IMG/VR virus record: IMGVR_UViG_3300037167_000001
Coordinates: 1 to 42,100 of that record
Length of the DNA: 42,100 nucleotides
Source of the DNA: a virus
Taxonomy: Duplodnaviria; Caudoviricetes
Strand: one strand, 5' to 3'
Shown here: piece after piece, positions 36,424 through 42,100 of the stretch
How positions within the stretch are numbered: the stretch's first letter is position 1
How the letters are laid out: every line of letters starts with the position of its first letter
Position numbers and translations under genes: made by a program
Notes under the pieces: model-generated
The model's database searches: none
Seen by the model: the letters and a program-made list of their open reading frames with translations, nothing else
What the model was told of the DNA's origin: nothing

Positions 36424-36547
36424 TGGTCTTAGTCGTAACCGCCCGGCGGATGAAATCACCGGATGAGTTATTGAACATTCAGAACAGAACATGGAATGAA
36501 CGATATCCCTCTTATATCCAATCGCTATTCACATGAAGGGAATCGTC

Positions 36548-36691
36548 ATGAAGCCAAGAGTTTACAAGGAAAAGATGGCTCTCGAAAATCTCTTTCCTTG
36601 CTGGGTCGTTCTCGATAATACTGGTCGTCCTGCGTATTTCAAGACCTGGAATTTGGCCATGAAATACGCAACTGAATGGGCAATCAACTAA
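36548..36691 (+). CDS. Small hypothetical protein, 47 aa (MKPRVYKE...)
   Basis: Translated by hand; GAAGGG RBS. Confidence 0.55.
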   Translation: MKPRVYKEKMALENLFPCWVVLDNTGRPAYFKTWNLAMKYATEWAIN

Positions 36692-36939
36692 ACATTCTAA
36701 TGACTGGCGTTAGGACTACATAATACTCGAGAGCTGAAGAGTTCTGTTCCGATACAGGGGAAAAGAAAAAGTAATTTCCCATTCATATTCTGTATCCATT
36801 TCGTTTTCGAGAGCCACGTCAAGAAGTAAAAAGAAAAACCAAGAAGAATATAATATCCAAATCATTCAGGAATTTCGAATCGAGCATAATGGCCTCAGAA
36901 AGATGAGGCATATTATAATCGAAAAAATATTGGGGTTAA

Positions 36940-37149
36940 GGTTATTATCATTAGCTATCTCTATCCCTCTGGGAGAGATAGCATGATAATAACCCCAGTC
37001 ATGATCAACAGACTACACGGCGTAACGTGTAAACGGCCTCTGACCTGCAGGTTTGCACTACACGGTGTAGCGTGTACACTCTACATCGGGGACCGTGTAA
37101 TGACCTGTTACGTCCCTACACGCAAGCCGATGTAAGTCATGATCAACAG
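36940..37149. repeat. Hairpin plus a repeat-bounded cluster of TACACG-like motifs (candidate origin or packaging locus)
   Basis: Hairpin at 36940-36994; AGTCATGATCAACAG at 36997-37011 and 37135-37149; several TACACG/CGTGTA copies in between. Confidence 0.6.
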
Positions 37150-37172
37150 GGATTTTATAAATTTCACCCAAT

Positions 37173-37442
37173 ATGCCTCGTCTTTCAGGAGTGATTATGC
37201 TATTCAAAATTAGAATCGGACAGAAGAATGGTGCGTTTACCTTAGGTAGTACAGATGCACCAGAACTAACTATTGTAGACGGACGTGTCACGGGAATATC
37301 GGCTACCTGGGATAAAGGACTAGGCTATCCTCTTTACATTGACTGGACCGATGTTACCTCCGTCTCTGTAGCGGTTATCGAATCTCGTGGTCCTAGCGAA
37401 GAAACTTCTCCCCGTATTTTAGGAGGGATGTTTAACTTCTAA
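37173..37442 (+). CDS. Hypothetical protein (start possibly 37197)
   Basis: AGGAG RBS before MLFKI; TAATG coupling to the next gene. Confidence 0.7.
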   Translation: MPRLSGVIMLFKIRIGQKNGAFTLGSTDAPELTIVDGRVTGISATWDKGLGYPLYIDWTDVTSVSVAVIESRGPSEETSPRILGGMFNF

Positions 37443-37945
37443 TGCCACGTAAACTAATTAACCCAGATGAATTATTCTCACTACTATTCAATGCACCAGA
37501 AGGGCTTACGCCTTCTGAGGTTGAATTCGCATTAGGTCTCACACCTAACACAGTTGACTATCATCTCAAGAAGAAAGCATTCTCCAAGCAGATTACTGGA
37601 AGGTATAAGTTAACATCACGGGATCTAGATGACTTCCGTACACTTGGCGGATACGCATTACCTGCATTAGGTGACAACTCTGTAGCGAAGAAAGACTATC
37701 CATTTAAACTGCGCGACTGGAAATCGCTTGTTAAACCTAGCACATTGTCTGAGGTAATGGACTTCATTAAACTTGGTGCCGAGGAACTCCTCAAAGCCAG
37801 CACTTACACTGATGAAAATAACCTTTCAGGTATACTGATGCTCACAGAGATGTTACAATACTACATCGACTCTGTAGCGTTCGATAAGCGCTATTCCGAT
37901 CCAGAGGCTCGGGAATACATCCTGACGACACCCTTGGAGAAATAA
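37442..37945 (+). CDS. HTH-containing DNA-binding protein
   Basis: GLTPSEVEFALGLTPNTVDYHLKK...GRYKL winged-helix pattern; AGGAGG RBS. Confidence 0.65.
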   Translation: MPRKLINPDELFSLLFNAPEGLTPSEVEFALGLTPNTVDYHLKKKAFSKQITGRYKLTSRDLDDFRTLGGYALPALGDNSVAKKDYPFKLRDWKSLVKPSTLSEVMDFIKLGAEELLKASTYTDENNLSGILMLTEMLQYYIDSVAFDKRYSDPEAREYILTTPLEK

Positions 37946-38122
37946 ATGGACAGGATTAGGACAGTACAAAGCTGGATCATTCTCGGTTTTCTCTTGGGAT
38001 GTATTATCACACTCTCTGTAGCGCTGTCTTTACCCAAGGAGAATCCCCCATTCCATAACCCATTCTTTCAGTCGAACTGTTATGGAACCTCTGCACAATA
38101 CCCGCCCTGTAGCGGAAAGTAG
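37946..38122 (+). CDS. Small membrane protein, 58 aa
   Basis: Translated by hand; hydrophobic WIILGFLLGCIITLSVAL; GGAG RBS. Confidence 0.6.
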   Translation: MDRIRTVQSWIILGFLLGCIITLSVALSLPKENPPFHNPFFQSNCYGTSAQYPPCSGK

Positions 38123-38125
38123 GTT

Positions 38126-38356
38126 TTGATATGGCAACCAGAACTAGTCGGCGTCAGGGAACTAAAACGAAGTTGGCCCGGCGGACTGCATATCTCAAGT
38201 GGCGTGCACAGCATTGCAAGAAAAATGTCCAGACCAGGTAGTTCAGACAGACTAATAATTCTTCTCTGTACCGCTGTCTTGGCGTACATCGCATATAAAA
38301 CATACGGCCCACAAATCCACGAATTCATCCAGCCTTATCTGCCACGAAAGAGGTAA
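38126..38356 (+). CDS. Small membrane-associated hypothetical protein (start uncertain)
   Basis: Hydrophobic segment LIILLCTAVLAYIAY. Confidence 0.45.
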   Translation: MIWQPELVGVRELKRSWPGGLHISSGVHSIARKMSRPGSSDRLIILLCTAVLAYIAYKTYGPQIHEFIQPYLPRKR

Positions 38357-38362
38357 CTTCTA

Positions 38363-38572
38363 ATGCCGACTGGAATTCGACTTGGCATTACCTGTGGTAT
38401 ATGTGGCTCGGGTTATTCTATCACCTGTAGCGAAGAACAGTATCGGCAGTATCAGGCACATGAAAAGAATATCCAGGATATCTTTCCTGAACTATCTGCG
38501 GATATTCGTGAACTATTACTCAGTGGTATCTGCGGCACGTGCTATGACAAACTCTGTGGAGATGAAGACTAG
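38363..38572 (+). CDS. Small zinc-binding protein
   Basis: CGIC and CGTC pairs, and IQDIFPELS...RELLLSGIC. Confidence 0.75.
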   Translation: MPTGIRLGITCGICGSGYSITCSEEQYRQYQAHEKNIQDIFPELSADIRELLLSGICGTCYDKLCGDED

Positions 38573-38767
38573 TGGATCAGAATCTTCAACTAGAAGTTAT
38601 TTACATGGATCATTCGATGCTCTATTATCCTGTTGCAGAAGGTTGGAAGATTGATCCTGCACAACGAGTAATCGTAGTAGGTCGTGGAGTCCCAAGAACT
38701 ATGATTCCTCTAGATAATGTACGAGCATTTTCAATCTGCAGAGTGTAACAAGAAATAGGAGAGTGTA

Positions 38768-40753
38768 ATGTCTGTCTTCGAGTCCATCAACGCCGATATG
38801 AGTGAGTCGGATATAGTTGCCGAGGATATCGTTGCGCTGCAGGATAAGAGGACAGCGCTCAAGGATTCCATTGCCGAAGATGAATTGCGCATTAAAACTC
38901 TCAACGAAGAGATCGAGAGAATTAAGCGTGAAGCACAAGAGGCAATGACTCTACTCGCTACAGAGCGGCAGAATATTACCGAGAAGATTTGGGATACTCG
39001 ACAGGAGATCAAGCGTATCGAAAAGGAAATCCTTAATCTTGAGCAGAAGCTTCGACTGCTATTAGATGCAGAGAAAAAGAAGAAGGAATTCCAGGACGCT
39101 TCTATTCAATTCGATAAGGAAACTGCTGGACTTGCTTGGCGTGAGTGGGCATATGAGCACCAGATCGACGGTGCCCGCTATATGGCTAACGTCAAGAAGA
39201 GTATCCTCGCAGATAAAATGGGACTTGGCAAATCAATGACGGCGCTTATTGCAGCCGACATGCTCAAGTCACAGAGAATTCTAATCGTCTGCCCATCAGA
39301 TGTCGTGCGTAACTTTGAGAAAGAAGTCAAGCATTGGGCGCCGCACCGTAAAATTGTGCTGGCAATGTATAAGATGTCTAAGGCGGAACGCAATGCAGCA
39401 TTCGAGCTATTCCGCCTAGACCCTTATGCAAGTTTCGTGGTCCTCATTAACTATGAAGCGTGGCGTCGGGATGCTTCACTAGTTGATAGGTTAGTTGAAC
39501 TGCGATTCGACACAGTGATTATGGATGAGGCACACACTATCAAGGACACCAATACTTTCGCATTCCGTGGTGTCGAGAAGATTGTGTTTGCTGAGAATTG
39601 CTGCCCGTTCTGTAGCGGCCCAGTGATTAACTATGACATTGATCGCTACACGCATTACATGAGATGTTCTAATCCGGAGTGCGGCTGGAATACTCGCGAT
39701 AACTATGCGTGGGATGCAGGAGATCGGCGTTCTGTTAAGAATGTATTCCCAATGACTGGCACACCAATTCTTAACAGGCCAGATGAACTCTATCCATTGC
39801 TGCATCTCATTCTGCCAGAAGTGTTCTATGATCTCGAAGTATTCCGTGCACTGTATTGTGAGCAGGATCTATATACCGGCAAGTGGACATTCCAGCCTGG
39901 TGCAATGGATAGGCTGGCGAAACATTTGCAGGGTCGCTATGTCATGCGTAATCGTCACGATGCAGGCGTCAAGATTCCTAAGCAGGAGATTGTAATTCAC
40001 GAGATCCCTGTAGCGGAAATGCAGGAGTTCTATCCAACTCAGTTCAAGCTTATGCAGATGCTTACTAAGCACGCTCAGATTGTATTGGAGTCCGGCAAAA
40101 AGCTCACGGCAATGGCAGCTATCACAATCATTCTGCGGAAGCGTCAGATCAATGTATATCCCGCAGGTGTAAACCTTAAGGATGAAAATGGCAACATCGT
40201 ATTCTCCATTGGAGACGAGACAACAGAGAGTATCAAGCTGGATAAAGCGTTCGACCTTCTCACAGAAATTACAGCCGACGGACTTATCTTTGGTGAAAGA
40301 GCTGTTGTATTCTCGCAGTTCAAGCCAGGAATGCACGCGCTTTCTGAACGACTTAAGGCAAGCGGGATATCGGCGGTTGTATTTGATGGCGCAACGCCAG
40401 AGAGTTTACGAGAAGAGATCAAGGCTGACTTCAATAGGTCGATAGACCAGCCAAGGAAGTGGCAAGTTGTACTTGCGAATTACAAGACTGGAGGTGTTGG
40501 ACTTAACTTCACAGACGCCACTCATATCATTGCTCTGGACGAGGAATGGAATCCTGGGAAAAACGAACAGGCTTGGGGTCGTATTGACCGTATCGGTCAG
40601 ACTCAAGAAACTACTGTACACATTCTCAGGATCGCTGGTACTATTGATACTTGGATGGCTCAGCTTAATGACCAGAAGCGTGATATTGTAGAGGGCTTCG
40701 AGGTTAAGGCAATCGACATCTATGAGGCTATGAAGAATGGAGAAGTCTTGTGA
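38768..40753 (+). CDS. SNF2-like (SF2) helicase/ATPase with an N-terminal coiled coil and a zinc-ribbon insert
   Basis: LADKMGLGKS, IVCP, DEAH, MTGTPILN, VVFSQF, GGVGLN and QAWGRIDRIGQ. Confidence 0.92.
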   Translation: MSVFESINADMSESDIVAEDIVALQDKRTALKDSIAEDELRIKTLNEEIERIKREAQEAMTLLATERQNITEKIWDTRQEIKRIEKEILNLEQKLRLLLDAEKKKKEFQDASIQFDKETAGLAWREWAYEHQIDGARYMANVKKSILADKMGLGKSMTALIAADMLKSQRILIVCPSDVVRNFEKEVKHWAPHRKIVLAMYKMSKAERNAAFELFRLDPYASFVVLINYEAWRRDASLVDRLVELRFDTVIMDEAHTIKDTNTFAFRGVEKIVFAENCCPFCSGPVINYDIDRYTHYMRCSNPECGWNTRDNYAWDAGDRRSVKNVFPMTGTPILNRPDELYPLLHLILPEVFYDLEVFRALYCEQDLYTGKWTFQPGAMDRLAKHLQGRYVMRNRHDAGVKIPKQEIVIHEIPVAEMQEFYPTQFKLMQMLTKHAQIVLESGKKLTAMAAITIILRKRQINVYPAGVNLKDENGNIVFSIGDETTESIKLDKAFDLLTEITADGLIFGERAVVFSQFKPGMHALSERLKASGISAVVFDGATPESLREEIKADFNRSIDQPRKWQVVLANYKTGGVGLNFTDATHIIALDEEWNPGKNEQAWGRIDRIGQTQETTVHILRIAGTIDTWMAQLNDQKRDIVEGFEVKAIDIYEAMKNGEVL

Positions 40754-40865
40754 GCGCTAAACATCGACTGGAAAAGATATGCGCTCACTGTAATAAAAAG
40801 ATTCGATGGTATCACGATCCGCACAGTTATTATACTAACGGAGTGCTACAATACTTTCATAGGAA

Positions 40866-41129
40866 GTGTATGTGACTTATATAAGACGAAGGGCATTCAA
40901 TAGTCCAGACTACATAGATAAAATCCCTAAATGGCATATTGGACTAACTGAATCTAAAGCAGAATATCGTTCGATGTGCGGATATAAAATACCCGCTACA
41001 GAGGAGCCACTACGGCGCAGCAAAGTTAGTAAGAATGTGTTGTGTTATCGTTGTCAACAGCAATGGAATTTCCTTCATTATTACGAGTTGGAACAGTCTA
41101 TTGCTAATGGAGATCACTACACTATCTAG
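40866..41129 (+). CDS. Hypothetical protein
   Basis: WH...CG...CYRC pattern. Confidence 0.6.
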   Translation: MYVTYIRRRAFNSPDYIDKIPKWHIGLTESKAEYRSMCGYKIPATEEPLRRSKVSKNVLCYRCQQQWNFLHYYELEQSIANGDHYTI

Positions 41130-41137
41130 GTGAGTAA

Positions 41138-41368
41138 GTGGTAAGGAGAACATACGGAATTGGGCCTAACTTTAAACGGGCTCCATACTGTCATAATCAT
41201 CAGCAATGGTATTATAGTTGTGTGAGTGATCTAAGGAAGCGTATTCACTACGCGGAGAAATACCCATCTCAAAAGAATAAGGAGGCATTGAACGTAGTTC
41301 TTAGTGAAATGGAGAAGATAAAGTCTGATATTAAGGGATGTGTCGAATGTCAGTCTATGATCTCCTAA
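41138..41368 (+). CDS. Hypothetical protein
   Basis: ORF in the early run, containing CxxH and CxxC. Confidence 0.55.
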   Translation: MVRRTYGIGPNFKRAPYCHNHQQWYYSCVSDLRKRIHYAEKYPSQKNKEALNVVLSEMEKIKSDIKGCVECQSMIS

Positions 41369-41483
41369 CTCATGATCAAAGAATCCAACGACAGTATCCA
41401 CCATTCACACTTCCGGATATAGAAGATGACGATAGCACTACTGCTGATGAGTTTGTCCCTGTCTGTAGGAATAGGTACTATAT

Positions 41484-41726
41484 TTGGCTGCAGTTATGTC
41501 TATGGTAGGAGAACCAATGGGCGGCATATATCAAACTTCTACGAAAATCGACGGCGCTTTTTTCGAGAAAGAACTGATCGAACCGTCGACAATTTTAACT
41601 ATGGAGATGATGCGACTATACAACGAGATCCGCCAGATGATGATGAATATGGGAGACTCGTTCGTGGGCAAGGTAGTATTCCTGGAGATGCGAGTTAGGA
41701 CTGCAGATGTTACGGAGAAATCCTGA
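41484..41726 (+). CDS. Hypothetical protein (start uncertain)
   Basis: AGGAG before MGGIY; preferred over the overlapping 41426..41698 frame. Confidence 0.5.
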   Translation: MAAVMSMVGEPMGGIYQTSTKIDGAFFEKELIEPSTILTMEMMRLYNEIRQMMMNMGDSFVGKVVFLEMRVRTADVTEKS

Positions 41727-42100
41727 CGATCCTCACAGTCTCGATGTCTTAATTAACTGGGATGAATTTCCTGCATACTATCTCGGTAAGATCTGTACCT
41801 GTCCACCTAATGTATATGGTCCTTATCCTCCCATTGACATTAAGTGGGATAGGGGATTTATCGCCACCTGTAGCGACTGTCATAAACCGCACGCGCATCT
41901 ACTAGATATATGTAATTGTTGTGATGAAGTTTTTCTCAAGGACTTCAAGCATCCTGGATTCGACTGGAAAGATCCGCGTTGCTGGCAGTGTCTAGAATTG
42001 GCACCAGACTATATCGCTACAGGGCGTCATGATGACCGTAAATCTCCTCCTCGAACTAAAAAAGAATCTGAGTTCCGTAAACTAGCAGAAGGTCCTTCTG
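41707..42100 (+). CDS. Cys-rich protein spanning the circular join (41707..41973 + 1..141, 135 aa)
   Basis: Translated by hand: MLRRNPDD...CTC...CSDC...CNCC...CWQC...GPSVFSF, with the stop at 139-141. Confidence 0.75.
   Translation, partial: MLRRNPDDPHSLDVLINWDEFPAYYLGKICTCPPNVYGPYPPIDIKWDRGFIATCSDCHKPHAHLLDICNCCDEVFLKDFKHPGFDWKDPRCWQCLELAPDYIATGRHDDRKSPPRTKKESEFRKLAEGPS
41974..42100. repeat. Terminal direct repeat identical to 1-127
   Basis: Exact match. Confidence 0.95.

Larger units (their letters stand above)
42..41875. repeat. Dispersed octamer CGCTACAG/CTGTAGCG, 53 exact copies on both strands
   Basis: Counted by hand; all positions are listed in the first finding. Confidence 0.95.

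Noticed and set aside
42-41875. Octamer as a CRISPR array, protein repeat or stoperator set
   Set aside because: Copies are only 8 bp and irregularly spaced, are read in several codon contexts, and occur in both orientations relative to transcription.
41974-42100. 127-bp terminal repeat as a biological direct terminal repeat
   Set aside because: The length matches a common assembly k-mer and it falls in the middle of an ORF, so it shows circularity rather than physical genome ends.
1-42100. Stop-codon reassignment or alternative genetic code
   Set aside because: Standard-code ORFs tile the genome densely, TAA, TAG and TGA all end genes, and neither tRNA is a suppressor.

Overview
The window looks like a complete circular phage genome of 41,973 bp. 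Bases 41974-42100 repeat bases 1-127 exactly, and one ORF reads straight through the join. It is probably a lytic, podovirus-like phage of an actinobacterial host (WhiB gene, leaderless SigA-type promoters, no integrase seen), although its GC content looks only mid-40s % by eye. A rightward arm (34.8 kb round the join to 12.6 kb) carries early and replication genes: SNF2-like helicase, HTH proteins, deaminase, amidase endolysin, HNH, PD-(D/E)XK nuclease, AAA_24 ATPase, SSB, primase-helicase, family A polymerase, RuvC-like resolvase, tRNA-Asn and tRNA-Leu(UAA). A leftward arm (34.6-12.3 kb) carries XRE HTH, putative TerS, TerL, an Acb2/Tad1-like protein, portal, scaffold, capsid, adaptor, nozzle, ejection proteins, two cell-wall hydrolases, holin-like proteins and WhiB. 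The strongest unexplained signal is the asymmetric octamer CGCTACAG. I counted 53 exact copies by hand (28 on +, 25 on -) against about 1 expected, plus 11 copies of CGCTACAC. It is written into genes in five different codon contexts, sits in a promoter spacer, and switches polarity around a repeat-rich non-coding locus at about 37 kb. A second signal is a shared C-terminal [VLM]-F-x-F motif on several unrelated proteins. There are also several structured non-coding RNA candidates. All counts and family calls were made by eye, without database searches.
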